The notes below the pieces were generated by a model that saw only the letters and a program-made list of their open reading frames with translations, ran no database searches and was not told the DNA's origin. From Candidatus Saccharimonadota bacterium (lineage in GTDB: Bacteria; Pseudomonadota; Alphaproteobacteria; Rickettsiales; Anaplasmataceae): a stretch of DNA of 32,000 bases. Below, piece by piece: positions 1 through 10,273 of the stretch. A program made the translations under genes and the position numbers. The stretch is from assembly GCF_013365495.1 (NCBI RefSeq), contig NZ_CP046580.1:150001-182000 (forward strand), given 5' to 3'. Positions within the stretch are counted from its first letter, which is position 1; each line of letters opens with the position of its first letter.

Positions 1-1338
1 TTAATTAATATAGACTATGAAGTAGTATATTTTTTTATGTCACCAGATTATTTTTTTCTTCTTAAGAATCAATTCTAAACAAAATTTTGATGCTAAATAT
101 TAACTTTATCTATTCTGCTCTAATTTATAGAAGTTAATGTTGTTTATTATCTAGTGTACAAGTTATTTTTTTTAGTATTTTTAATGTCAAAAAAGTTTGA
201 GTTTGATATAGAAAGCTGTCTAGATTAACTAGATTTTTTTAATGCTAAGACTATAAAATGTTCTATATTTTCCTTATAAGTAGTTTTCTTTTTTGTTAAT
301 TAGAAGTCTTGTTGTTTATCTTTTTTTTTTATTTTTCTTATCTTTCAAAATATTAGATGTAAAGTTTAAAGCCATATCAATGCTTTTTTTTTTTAACTAG
401 TATTCAGTCTATACTGAATCAGTATTATTGATAATAATATTTTGTAATTAGGTTGAGTTGAAGGTTCTTAATCTAGTAAATAATTGTAATGTTTTATATG
501 CTATAAACTTTAGTGTTTTCAGTTGGTATAATTTTTTTTGTTTTGTAATATATTATTTTCTAATTTTTAATTATTTAATGCTTATCATTAATTAATTTGA
601 TATCTTTTATGTTTCTTTAATGTATATGTTGACCTGCTTTTTTGTGCTTTTTAGGGATTTTTTATTGAAATTAAATATGAATGACGAATATAAATATTAT
701 ATTCTATGTTCGAGTCTTATAAGTCTTAAAAATTAAGATCTAAAAAAAGTATTTATTAAAACATAAGATTTTCTTTTTGAGTCTTCTATATGTTTTCATA
801 ATAAGTAACCTTTAAAAGTTCAAAATAGTATTTCTTTTATGATTAAATGTGTATTGTATGTTTAGCTGAGCTAAAGTAAGTTTTTTAAATTGTATTATCT
901 TTGTTTTTGTTTTGGAAAAAATTATTGAATTTCAAAAGTTTTTATGTTGAATACTAATTAAATTCATTTTGTTAAGCTCTAGAATAGAGAAGATGCGCAT
1001 TAATGGTTTTATTATGTACTTATAATAATTTTTTAATTACTTTTTTTTAAAACTAAAGAGGCTCTTTTTAAAATATAAAACTACTAAGTTTTTTTATACT
1101 GTTTTTCTGTTCATATTATACTAGAGTTTTTATAAGAAATTTTTAATGATTAAACGCTTAAGATAATATAATGGAGTCTTTGTAAATGTATTTTAGTGAA
1201 AAAGCTTTTGAGGATAAATTATGAGGTGTTTTTGTTTGCTCTTTGTAAATATAAGTAAATGTTTATTAAATTTAGTATATTATTGTTATAAGCTAAGTTT
1301 AGTAATATAATTTTGTATAAAAATAGACACTTAAATTT

Positions 1339-3990
1339 ATGTCAGATTTTATTGTGCTTTTAACAATTTCTTTTATATTTTTTATTTTTATATTATTGCT
1401 TTTTTTCGTGAAAAAGGTAGCAAACAGAAAAATAATAAAGTCTTTCAGAAAAATTGTTCAACAAATAAATGCATTAGAGTTGGAAATGCAGAGTTTATCT
1501 AATGAAGAGCTTGCTGGTAAAACTGAGGAGTTTAAACGAGAATTAAAAAATGGAAAAACATTAAATAACCTTCTTGTACCTGCTTTTGCAGTTGTACGTG
1601 AAGCCTCTCGCAGATTTCTTAACATGAGGCACTTTGATGTTCAGTTAATTGGGGGGATAGTTCTTCATAATGGCATGATATCAGAAATGAAAACAGGAGA
1701 GGGAAAGACACTTGTTGCGACTTTAGCTGCATATCTTAATTCTTTAGAGGGAAAAGGTGTGCATATTGTAACTGTTAATGATTATCTTGCAAAACGTGAT
1801 GCGGAATGGATGGGTAAGTTGTATAATTTTCTTGGGGTTTCTGTTGCGTCTATTACAAGTGGTTTGACAGATTTTGAGAGGAAAAAAGCTTATAGTGCAG
1901 ATATCGTATATTCAACAAATAATGAACTTGCTTTTGATTACTTGCGAGATAATATGAAATTTTCTCAAGAGGATATGGTTCAGAGAGGTTTTAATTATGC
2001 AATAGTAGATGAAGTAGATTCTATATTGATCGATGAAGCGCGTACTCCACTTATTATTTCTGGTCCAGTTGAAGAAAAAAATCAAATATATAGGTGTATA
2101 AATAAAATAGTTACTAAATTAGTTGATTCTGATTATGAGATAGATAGAAAGGGTAGGGCAGTATTTCTTACTGAAGATGGTATGTCGCAAGTAGAGAAAC
2201 TACTTAGGTTATATAATCTTATTCCTGAAAATTCTTCTCTATATGATGCTAATAATATGGTTATAATTCATTATGTAGATCAAGCATTACGTGCACATAA
2301 GTTATTTGCCGCTGATAAAGATTATATAATAAAGGATGGTAAGGTAGTAGTTATTGATGAGTTCACTGGGCGTATTATAGAGGGTAGGAGATATTCTGAT
2401 GGTCTTCACCAAGCACTTGAAGCGAAAGAGAATCTTGAGATTCATCGTGAGAACCAAACTTTAGCATCAATTACATTTCAGAATTATTTTCGTATGTACA
2501 ATAAGCTTTCTGGTATGACAGGAACGGCAGCAACAGAAGCGGAAGAGTTTCGTGATGTATACAGATTAAATGTAGTAAAAATTCCAACTAATGTTCCTGT
2601 AAAGAGAATAGATGTTGATGATGAAATTTATGGTACGGAGAAGGAGAAATTTAATGCTGTATTGAAATTTATAAAAGAATGTCATAAACGTCTTCAACCA
2701 ATTCTTGTTGGTACGGTCAGTATTGAAAATTCTGAGAAGCTTTCTGTACTTTTACGAAGTCATTCTCTTAAGCATTCAGTGTTGAATGCTCGTTATCATG
2801 AACAAGAGGCGTACATAATATCACAGGCTGGAGTACCGGGGAGTATTACTATAGCAACTAACATGGCAGGACGTGGAACTGATATTCAGCTTGGTAGAAA
2901 TATTGAAATGTTAATGAAAATGGAACTAAAGAAGGTAAAAAGTGCTGAGGAGAGAGAAAAAAAATATCAGGAAATAGTTGAAAGAGTGAGAAAAGATAAG
3001 GAAATTGCTATAAAAGCCGGTGGTTTATGTGTTATTGGAACTGAGAGACATGAAAGTAGAAGAATAGATGATCAGTTGCGTGGCCGCTCTGGTCGTCAAG
3101 GTGATCCTGGGCTTTCTAAATTCTTTTTGTCACTTGAAGATGATTTAATGAGAATATTTGGTTCTGATAGAATAAGAGGTTTTTTGCAAAAGGTGGGGCT
3201 AAAGAATGATGAAGCTGTTCATCATCCATGGCTTAATAAGGCACTTGAGAAGGCACAAAAAAGAGTTGAAGCTCAAAACTATGATGTGCGAAAATCTCTA
3301 CTTAAGTTTGATAATGTAATTAATGATCAACGTAAAGTTATTTTTGAACAGAGAAATCATATTTTAGGTAATGAAATTAATGATTTATTTGAAATATATA
3401 GTGAAGTAAATGAAAGAATAATAGAAAGTGTAGTGCAAAGTGGTTATTATGAAGATTGTATTGAGGATATTATTGAAGTCTTTTATACAAGATATGGTAT
3501 AAATCTTGATAAAGAAGTACTAACAGAATTTTTAGATAAACAAGAAGCGTTAAGTTATGTAAATAATAAAATACAAGAGTTTTTTGCTGAAAAGGAGAAC
3601 TATTTTAATAGTCAGAATACTACAGACTTATGGAACAGGGTAGTAAAACAAGTGATGATTATGACACTTGACTATTTATGGAGGGAACATCTTTCAGTTT
3701 TAGAGAGCTTAAGGCAAAGTATAAATTTACGTGCTATAGGGCAGAGGGATCCACTTAATGAGTTTAAGCGTGAAGCTTTTTTGATGTTTGAGTCGATGCT
3801 TGAAAAATGGAAAGAGCTAACTGTTCATCGTCTAGCGTACTTTAAGTTATCAGATAATCAAGAAAAAGCTAATAGACTGTATTTTATTAAAAAAAATAGT
3901 TTTCCGAAAATATCAAGAAACGATAAATGTCCTTGTAACTCAGGTAAAAAGTATAAGCATTGTCATGGGGCTATTACTTTAGTAAATTAG
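1339..3990 (+). CDS. secA: Preprotein translocase ATPase SecA
   Basis: 883-codon ORF. It has the SecA motor motifs MKTGEGKTL (Walker A) and [20 protein letters not shown], plus [10 protein letters not shown] and the C-terminal zinc-binding SEC-C motif [14 protein letters not shown]. The stop at 3990 is secure. The start is uncertain because the first ~20 codons are a poly-Phe/Ile/Leu run. In-frame TTG 1396 or GTG 1408 would give an N-terminus of normal SecA length. Confidence 0.95.
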   Translation: MSDFIVLLTISFIFFIFILLLFFVKKVANRKIIKSFRKIVQQINALELEMQSLSNEELAGKTEEFKRELKNGKTLNNLLVPAFAVVREASRRFLNMRHFDVQLIGGIVLHNGMISEMKTGEGKTLVATLAAYLNSLEGKGVHIVTVNDYLAKRDAEWMGKLYNFLGVSVASITSGLTDFERKKAYSADIVYSTNNELAFDYLRDNMKFSQEDMVQRGFNYAIVDEVDSILIDEARTPLIISGPVEEKNQIYRCINKIVTKLVDSDYEIDRKGRAVFLTEDGMSQVEKLLRLYNLIPENSSLYDANNMVIIHYVDQALRAHKLFAADKDYIIKDGKVVVIDEFTGRIIEGRRYSDGLHQALEAKENLEIHRENQTLASITFQNYFRMYNKLSGMTGTAATEAEEFRDVYRLNVVKIPTNVPVKRIDVDDEIYGTEKEKFNAVLKFIKECHKRLQPILVGTVSIENSEKLSVLLRSHSLKHSVLNARYHEQEAYIISQAGVPGSITIATNMAGRGTDIQLGRNIEMLMKMELKKVKSAEEREKKYQEIVERVRKDKEIAIKAGGLCVIGTERHESRRIDDQLRGRSGRQGDPGLSKFFLSLEDDLMRIFGSDRIRGFLQKVGLKNDEAVHHPWLNKALEKAQKRVEAQNYDVRKSLLKFDNVINDQRKVIFEQRNHILGNEINDLFEIYSEVNERIIESVVQSGYYEDCIEDIIEVFYTRYGINLDKEVLTEFLDKQEALSYVNNKIQEFFAEKENYFNSQNTTDLWNRVVKQVMIMTLDYLWREHLSVLESLRQSINLRAIGQRDPLNEFKREAFLMFESMLEKWKELTVHRLAYFKLSDNQEKANRLYFIKKNSFPKISRNDKCPCNSGKKYKHCHGAITLVN

Positions 3991-4680
3991 TAACTGCTTT
4001 TTCTTAACTTTTGCATCGTATTTTACAGTACTTAATTTTCTCTTTGTAAGATCTAGTTTTTTATTTATTGATAAGGCTTATTTTTTTCTTTTTGTATTCA
4101 TTTTATCAATTTATTTAAATAGTGTTTTTTATTCTTATGTAAGAGAATGTAAGTTATGATTAGAAACAATAGTTTTATAACTTATAGTTAAAAAAAACTT
4201 ACTTTAAGTTTAACGAGTATCTAATTTTTAGTTATTAGAGAGTAGTACTTATGTACATAATTACAATATCTGTAATAATATACATAAATATTTTTAGTGA
4301 CTGCTTATGTTATATTGTTTTTGTTTATATTGAAGGGAATTGTAGTAAAACTATAAATTATAGTGGTGTACATACATAGAAATGCAGCTGAATAGTTCTA
4401 GCTATTATCGAAACAAGGATTGTAGTATTTCTTAATTATGTTTGTTTTTTTTAAATAAATGAATAATAAAGTTTGTTTGTTTCTTAGATTTGTGCTTTCC
4501 TTTCACCTTTTTTTTAAAGATTTATCTTAGTTTTAAAGTTTAATTATATAGGTATTTTTTCTGCTAAATTAGCATGGTAATTAATTTATTTTGCAGTTAT
4601 TTATTTTGGTAATAATATTTTATAACTTGAGATTTATTAGCTATCTAGAGTGATAGTAGATGTCTAAAAAGTAAATAGTT

Positions 4681-5670
4681 TTATTTATTGTCAGTGTTAT
4701 TTTCAGCAAAAGCTTCTTCCCATGTACCTTGGGTTGCTGCTCGGCTGTATTCTGTTACTCTATTTTCAAAGAAGTTTGTATGTTCTACTCCATTAAGTAT
4801 TTCATCAAGCCATGGGAGGGGATTATTATTAATGTTATATATGGGTTTTAGGCCTAATTGTATTAATCGTCTATTTGCTATATAGCGTATATAATTGTAT
4901 ACCTTTTTTGCAGACAGTCCTTCAACGTCTCCTAAGTTAAAAGCGAGCTTTATAAATTCGTCTTCAAGTTCAACAATAGTATGACATGCAGAATACAATT
5001 CTTTTTTAAACTCTTCGTTCCAGATTTCATAATTTTCTTTGATAAAAGTATTAAATAAATTAATAATCGAGTTGGTGTGTAAAGTTTCATCACGTGCTGA
5101 CCAGGCTATTATTTGTCCCATACCTTTCATTTTTCCAAAGCGTTGAAAATTGAGTAAAATTGCAAATGATGCGAATAACTGTAACCCTTCAGTGAATGCA
5201 CCAAATACTGCTAGGGTTTTAGCTACATGTTTTTTATCGTGTTTTTTGCTTTCCTCAAATTCTAGCATGTACTCATACTTCTTTCTTGTAGCATCATATT
5301 TTAAAAATGCTTGATATTCACTTTCTGGCATACCAATTGTATCAAGAAGGTATGAGTAGGCTGCAATGTGTATGGTTTCCATATTAGAAAAACTTGCAAG
5401 CATCATACATATTTCTGTTGGTTTAAATATATTTGTGTAATGTTTCATGTAGCAATTATTTACTTCAATATCTGCTTGGGTAAAGAATCTAAAAATTTGA
5501 GTTAGTAAGTTTTTTTCTGTGTTTGAAAGTTTAGTTTTCCAATCTTTTATATCATCAGCAAGTGAAACTTCTTCAGGTATCCAGTGTATTCTTTGTTGCT
5601 GTAGCCATGCATCATACGCCCAAGGATAATTAAAAGGTTTATATATTGGGTCTGATTTTAGCAATGACAT
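4681..5670 (-). CDS. nrdB: Ribonucleoside-diphosphate reductase beta subunit (class Ia R2)
   Basis: The full-length protein looks like NrdB/R2, including the di-iron ligand contexts METIHIAAYSY and ARDETLH. The ORF extends to TTG 5715. I prefer ATG 5670 (MSLLKSDPIYKPF...) because a GAGG lies 9 nt upstream. ATG 5685 is also possible. Confidence 0.9.
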   Translation of the reverse strand: MSLLKSDPIYKPFNYPWAYDAWLQQQRIHWIPEEVSLADDIKDWKTKLSNTEKNLLTQIFRFFTQADIEVNNCYMKHYTNIFKPTEICMMLASFSNMETIHIAAYSYLLDTIGMPESEYQAFLKYDATRKKYEYMLEFEESKKHDKKHVAKTLAVFGAFTEGLQLFASFAILLNFQRFGKMKGMGQIIAWSARDETLHTNSIINLFNTFIKENYEIWNEEFKKELYSACHTIVELEDEFIKLAFNLGDVEGLSAKKVYNYIRYIANRRLIQLGLKPIYNINNNPLPWLDEILNGVEHTNFFENRVTEYSRAATQGTWEEAFAENNTDNK

Positions 5671-5801
5671 TAAAGTATACCTCATTGTTTTGTGAAATAA
5701 TATTATATTAAACAATACTTAAAATTAGTCAATTTACTTTTATGGGATTTGACTATGGATAGTTTATCAGTGTATTGTAATTTTGAGTAATTTTTAAAGA
5801 A

Positions 5802-6140
5802 GTGCGAGTATTAATATACTTAATTTTATTATTTTTAGCAGCCTGCACACATACTATTCATAATCATGGAGCTCCAGGTACTGATATTGAGTTATGGAGC
5901 AAGATAAAAATAGGTGATAATAAAGAAAAAGTGATTCATATTTTGGGATTACCAATATTAATATCTCAATTTAATGAAAATGTTTGGTATTATATTTCAT
6001 ATAAAATTAAGTTGTTTAATTTTTTAGGGAGAAAAAAATATAGCAGTAAATCTCTACAAATTTCATTTGACCAAAATGATAAAATTATAAATGTAGAAGA
6101 AATCAATATTTCAGAAAAAGCTTTAGCTATTATTTATTAA
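5802..6140 (+). CDS. bamE: Outer-membrane lipoprotein, BamE/SmpA/OmlA family
   Basis: 112-codon ORF with a GTG start. It has a signal peptide ending in the lipobox LAAC (MRVLIYLILLFLAAC). Its size and the NVWYY core are typical of SmpA_OmlA proteins. Confidence 0.7.
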   Translation: MRVLIYLILLFLAACTHTIHNHGAPGTDIELWSKIKIGDNKEKVIHILGLPILISQFNENVWYYISYKIKLFNFLGRKKYSSKSLQISFDQNDKIINVEEINISEKALAIIY

Positions 6141-6244
6141 TTGAGGTTTTAGTAGAGTCGATTGATGTATTCTAGTATATTTAAGAGGTATTTTTACTAA
6201 GTATAAAATACAATGATAATTGTTGATTAATTAAGTTGTTTACT

Positions 6245-6411
6245 GAGATCATTTTAATGATTTATTAGCAAACAAGAGGGAGAAATTTAAAGTAATTAAT
6301 GTTCTAATTTTTTTATTTATTAATATTTACTATTTTAGATTTTAAATAAATGAGTTTTAGCTTTTATAATTAAAGTAGAGTATTAATAGAATGTGAGATC
6401 ATATATATGAT
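6245..6411. repeat. Two copies of a 17-nt palindrome-containing motif, TGAGATCAT-N4-ATGAT, 150 bp apart
   Basis: 6245-6261 reads gagatcattttaatgat and 6395-6411 reads gagatcatatatatgat. Each contains ATCAT-N4-ATGAT inverted arms. The second is a perfect 14-nt palindrome. Confidence 0.4.
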
Positions 6412-6550
6412 GGTGTAAAAATTTAAATGTAAAGTAAGTATTCTATTTTTTTGTTATAGGTTTGTGGATTATGAAAGTAAATGGCTCCATATTATGGATA
6501 AAGTAAAGAAATGGAGTCTTTATTTGATGAGTTTGTGAAGGCGAAGGAAG

Positions 6551-6623
6551 AGCGGGAGAAGGGACTCGAACCCTCGACTTCAACCTTGGCAAGGTTGTGT
6601 TCTACCAACTGAACTACTTCCGC
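6551..6623 (-). tRNA. tRNA-Gly (anticodon GCC)
   Basis: Hand-folded 73-nt cloverleaf: GCGGAAG/TA/GTTC-AGTTGGTA-GAAC/A/CAACC-TTGCCAA-GGTTG/AAGTC/GAGGG-TTCGAGT-CCCTT/CTCCCGC/T. No CCA is encoded. There is one A5-C68 mismatch in the acceptor stem. Confidence 0.9.
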
Positions 6624-6768
6624 GTTGCTGATCATTCTCAAATTATAAGTATACACAACAATTTGTAAATTTTAATATATTTGAAATTTAGTCAGCTGTA
6701 TCTATATATATTTATGTACTTAAAATTTACTTTCAATTATTATTAGTCTTTAATATTTTAAAAGCTTT

Positions 6769-7389
6769 ATGAAGATATTTGTATACGAAAATGATTTACC
6801 TGCTAGCTTGATACCAGATAACGTTAAATTTATAGCTGTTGATACAGAAGCAATGGGACTATTTCATAGTAGAGATAGATTATGCCTTGTACAGCTTTCT
6901 TTTAACGATGGAAGTGCTCACTTAATTCGATTTAAGAATTGTTACGCAGCTCCAAATTTAAAAAGAATATTGGGTGATGAAAGTATAACTAAAATATTTC
7001 ACTTTGCACGGTTTGATGTTAGTATAATACGTCATTATTTAGGAATCTGGGCGTTGCCATGCTATTGTACAAAAATAGCTTCACGTTTAGTTCGTACTTA
7101 TACAGATAATCATAGTTTAAAAGAATTGTGTTCAGAGTTACTTGATATTAAGTTAAATAAGCAGCCCCAATCTTCTGATTGGGGAAGTGAAAATTTGACA
7201 GACAAACAAAAAAAATATGCTGCATCTGATATTTTTTATCTTCATAAAATAAAAGAAAAGCTAGATTTGATGTTAGAACGTGAAAATAGGAAAGAATTAG
7301 CGCAAAAGTGTTTTGAATTCCTTCCTACTCGTGTTCAATTAGATTTGATGGGATGGGGGGATATGGATATTTTTAATTATCAAATGTAA
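6769..7389 (+). CDS. 3'-5' exonuclease, DEDDy family (small RNase D-like protein)
   Basis: 206-codon ORF with Exo I VDTEAMGL, Exo II FHFARFDVS and Exo III YAASDIFYL motifs. Confidence 0.85.
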   Translation: MKIFVYENDLPASLIPDNVKFIAVDTEAMGLFHSRDRLCLVQLSFNDGSAHLIRFKNCYAAPNLKRILGDESITKIFHFARFDVSIIRHYLGIWALPCYCTKIASRLVRTYTDNHSLKELCSELLDIKLNKQPQSSDWGSENLTDKQKKYAASDIFYLHKIKEKLDLMLERENRKELAQKCFEFLPTRVQLDLMGWGDMDIFNYQM

Positions 7390-7494
7390 AAGGATTTTGT
7401 TATTCAGGCTTTATAACAATTTTCAGTTTTTTAGTAATAATTAGTTGATTAGTTGTGATGGAATGTTATATTATACAGGTTAATTAGGTACTTT

Positions 7495-7815
7495 ATGAGT
7501 GATATTATATCAGTGGATGATCAGAATTTTAAATCTGAAGTTAGGAACTATAAAGGATTTGTGTTAGTAGATTTTTGGGCAGAGTGGTGTAGGCCATGTA
7601 AAAGTTTAATGCCACGTATTGATCAATTGGCTCAAGATAAAGAAGGTAAAATTAAAATTTGTAAATTTAATGTAGATGAAGGAGTTGATGTTCCAGGTGA
7701 ATATGGGGTTCAGTCTATACCTACTTTGATCATATTTCAAGATGGTAAAGAAATTGCACGTAAGGTTGGTGCAATAAATGATTTATCAAGTTGGGTTAGT
7801 AGTAAAATAAGCTGA
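7495..7815 (+). CDS. trxA: Thioredoxin
   Basis: 106 aa with the thioredoxin fold signature DFWAEWC-x-PCK and the cis-Pro context SIPTLIIF. The active site reads WCRPC (TGT AGG CCA TGT at 7588-7599) rather than WCGPC. Confidence 0.9.
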   Translation: MSDIISVDDQNFKSEVRNYKGFVLVDFWAEWCRPCKSLMPRIDQLAQDKEGKIKICKFNVDEGVDVPGEYGVQSIPTLIIFQDGKEIARKVGAINDLSSWVSSKIS

Positions 7816-7855
7816 TGACAAGTTTATTTTTGTGTGTATTATAGTACTCATTAAA

Positions 7856-7929
7856 GGGATTGTAGCTCAATTGGTTAGAGCAGTTCGCTCATAACGAATT
7901 GGTCGTAGGTTCGAGTCCTACCAATCCCA
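7856..7929 (+). tRNA. tRNA with CAT anticodon: elongator tRNA-Met or lysidine-dependent tRNA-Ile2
   Basis: 74-nt cloverleaf: GGGATTG/TA/GCTC-AATTGGTTA-GAGC/A/GTTCG-CTCATAA-CGAAT/TGGTC/GTAGG-TTCGAGT-CCTAC/CAATCCC/A. It has a normal G1-C72 pair, so it is not an initiator. No CCA is encoded. It lies 40 nt downstream of trxA. Confidence 0.9.
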
Positions 7930-8343
7930 CTAAAATGTGTATACAGTAGTGTTGTTGGTAGTATTCTAAATAATTTCTCTATTTTAAGGAAATTTAAGGT
8001 GAAAAGTTTAATATAGTGAGGTAATAAGTTGATTTATTTTAGTGATTTAGTTTTTTTTAAGATTAGAGTTTAGAAGGTGGTGTTTAAATTAAAAAAATAG
8101 AAATAATAAGAGTTAATCGTGTATTTAAGTTATTTAATGTCTATTTTATCCATTAATAAGCAGAAATTTTAGTTTAATTAACTACTGTGATTCTATATAT
8201 TTCATGGTATAGAACAAAAAACTTGGTTTAGATATTTTATCTGATGCTATTGAATGATATATTTTTTATTACTTTATTTAATGAAATTTTCTAATATTTG
8301 GTCATAGGTTTAGTTTTATGAAGTTATAGTCTATGAAACTACA

Positions 8344-10257
8344 ATGGATGAGTATTTTTTGTTATTAAATTCAGAGCAACAGTTGGCTGTAACTAACGTA
8401 AATGGACCAATCTTAGTATTGGCTGGAGCTGGAACGGGGAAAACTAGAACTATTATTTCAAGAATAGCATATATAATTAGAAATGGTTATGCTAGTTCTG
8501 ATGGAATATTAGCGGTCACGTTTACTAATAAAGCTGCAAATGAAATGGTATCGAGAGTGTTTAAACTTACGGGTGTAAACATGCCGTGGCTTGGTACCTT
8601 TCATGCAATTGCAGCAAGAATTTTGCGTCGTCATGCTGAAACCATAGGATTAAATTCAGATTTTATAATTATTGATGTAGATGAGCAATTACGGGTAATA
8701 AAAGATATTATTAGTGAAATGAATTCTGGCTACTTATTGGAGAAGCATAATGCTGTTATGAATATAATCCAACAGTGGAAAGAAAAGTGCTTATTGCCGT
8801 CTGAAGTAAGAGATATTCAATCATTCGGACCTTTATATATGACTACGCTTCAAATTTATCATCAATATCAAGAAAGGTTAAGGTATTTTAATTTTGTTGA
8901 TTTTGGTGATTTGCTGTTGTATAACATGCAGCTTTTTAATCAAAAGATTGAAATTTTATTCTACTATCAAAAAAAGTTTAAGTATATTATGGTGGATGAA
9001 TATCAAGATACAAATACAATACAATATCTTTGGTTAAAATATTTAGCAGAAGGGCATTTAAATATTTGTTGTGTAGGAGATGATGATCAATCAATATATA
9101 GTTGGCGTGGTGCAGAAGTTGAAAATATTTCAAAGTTTTCTAACGATTTTAAAAATACAAAAACTTTTAAACTAGAATATAACTATAGATCGACGTCTCA
9201 CATACTTGCAACTGCATCATATATTATCAATCATAATAAAACTCGTTTAGAAAAAAAGTTATGGACAACAAACTTTGGAGGAGAAAAAGTAAATTTAGTC
9301 AAATTACGAGATAGTCAGGCTGAAGCAAAGTTTATAAGTGAGCAGATATTAAAACTCAATAAATATAGATTTAATGACATTGCAGTATTGGTAAGGGCTA
9401 CTTTTCAAACTAGAGTTCTGGAGGAATATTTTATTAAATATTTAATTCCTTATAAAATAATAAGTGGTGTAAGATTTTATGAACGTCAAGAAATTAGAGA
9501 TATACTTGCATATTTAAGACTAATTATAAATCACAACGACGACTTGGCTTTTGAAAGAATTATAAATCGGCCAAAACGGAGCATAGGAGTTATAACTTTA
9601 AAAAAGATATATACGATTGCTCGAGATAGTAAGATTTCTTTTTTTGAAGCAGCAAAAGTATTAGTTGAAGGTAATCAAGTAACTGAAAAAATTAAACTCT
9701 CATTAAATGATTTTTTGAATAAAATTAAAGTTTGGAAAAAAATGGTGAATATAAAACCTTTATATAAATTTATTGAAGTATTAATCGATCAATCAGGATA
9801 TATGGAAATGCTTAAAATTGAAAAAATGAGAGGTTTAACACGAATAGAAAATGTTAAAGAGCTTATTTCATCTTTAAAAAGTTTCGATGATGTTACAACT
9901 TTCTTGGAGCATATAGGCTTAGTTATGGAGGTGGATAATATGGGTGATAATAATAATACTGTATATGTTATGACCCTTCATGCAGCTAAGGGACTTGAAT
10001 TTCCATGTGTGTTTTTACCTGGTTGGGAAGAGGGATTGTTTCCACATCAAAAATCTTTTGAGGATAAAAGTGGTAAGGCTTTAGAGGAAGAAAGAAGGCT
10101 TGCATATGTTGGAATAACTAGAGCAAAAGAGATGTTAATTATTTCATGTGTAAGTAAAAGGGAAATAAATAACCAGTGGCAATTAATGTGTGCTTCACGA
10201 TTCATCAAAGAGTTACCGAGAGAGAATGTTAAGGTAAGTAGTATTGTCTATTGTTAA
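8344..10257 (+). CDS. uvrD: ATP-dependent DNA helicase, UvrD/Rep/PcrA (SF1) family
   Basis: 637 aa with SF1 motifs AGAGTGKT (I), MVDEYQDTN (II), VGDDDQSIYSWRGA (III), VMTLHAAKGLEF (V) and LAYVGITRAK (VI). Confidence 0.92.
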   Translation: MDEYFLLLNSEQQLAVTNVNGPILVLAGAGTGKTRTIISRIAYIIRNGYASSDGILAVTFTNKAANEMVSRVFKLTGVNMPWLGTFHAIAARILRRHAETIGLNSDFIIIDVDEQLRVIKDIISEMNSGYLLEKHNAVMNIIQQWKEKCLLPSEVRDIQSFGPLYMTTLQIYHQYQERLRYFNFVDFGDLLLYNMQLFNQKIEILFYYQKKFKYIMVDEYQDTNTIQYLWLKYLAEGHLNICCVGDDDQSIYSWRGAEVENISKFSNDFKNTKTFKLEYNYRSTSHILATASYIINHNKTRLEKKLWTTNFGGEKVNLVKLRDSQAEAKFISEQILKLNKYRFNDIAVLVRATFQTRVLEEYFIKYLIPYKIISGVRFYERQEIRDILAYLRLIINHNDDLAFERIINRPKRSIGVITLKKIYTIARDSKISFFEAAKVLVEGNQVTEKIKLSLNDFLNKIKVWKKMVNIKPLYKFIEVLIDQSGYMEMLKIEKMRGLTRIENVKELISSLKSFDDVTTFLEHIGLVMEVDNMGDNNNTVYVMTLHAAKGLEFPCVFLPGWEEGLFPHQKSFEDKSGKALEEERRLAYVGITRAKEMLIISCVSKREINNQWQLMCASRFIKELPRENVKVSSIVYC

Positions 10258-10273
10258 AATAAGTAGAATTTTC

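Noticed and set aside
1221-1310. 29-codon Cys-rich sORF (MRCFCLLFVNISKCLLNLVYYCYKLSLVI) preceded by GAGGA, just upstream of secA.
   Set aside because: It is too short and compositionally what T-rich DNA yields. I have no way to show conservation or expression from the sequence alone.
4338-4425. GGAATTGTAGTA and GGATTGTAGTA words resemble the 5' end of the tRNA(CAT) gene (GGGATTGTAGC).
   Set aside because: The matches are only 9 nt. Dozens are expected by chance, and no cloverleaf can be folded around them.
6483-6518. GGCTCCAT ... ATGGAGTC inverted repeat downstream of tRNA-Gly.
   Set aside because: It has a 20-nt loop, includes a G-T pair and lacks a clear U-tract. This is weak support for a terminator.
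6681-7472. Sigma-70-like hexamer pairs: TTGAAA-N16-TATATA (6681-6708) upstream of the exonuclease gene, and TTGATT-N16-TATATT with a TGn extension (7445-7472) upstream of trxA.
   Set aside because: In DNA this AT-rich, such hexamer pairs occur frequently by chance. Without transcription start data they are not distinguishable from background.
8298-8310. TTGGTCATAGGTT just upstream of uvrD matches the variable-loop/T-stem segment TTGGTCGTAGGTT of the tRNA(CAT) at 7899-7911 with one mismatch. It could be an att-like remnant.
   Set aside because: A rough count gives about ten such 13-mer, one-mismatch hits by chance. The count uses all 13-mers of five tRNAs against both strands of 32 kb. The similarity does not extend on either side.
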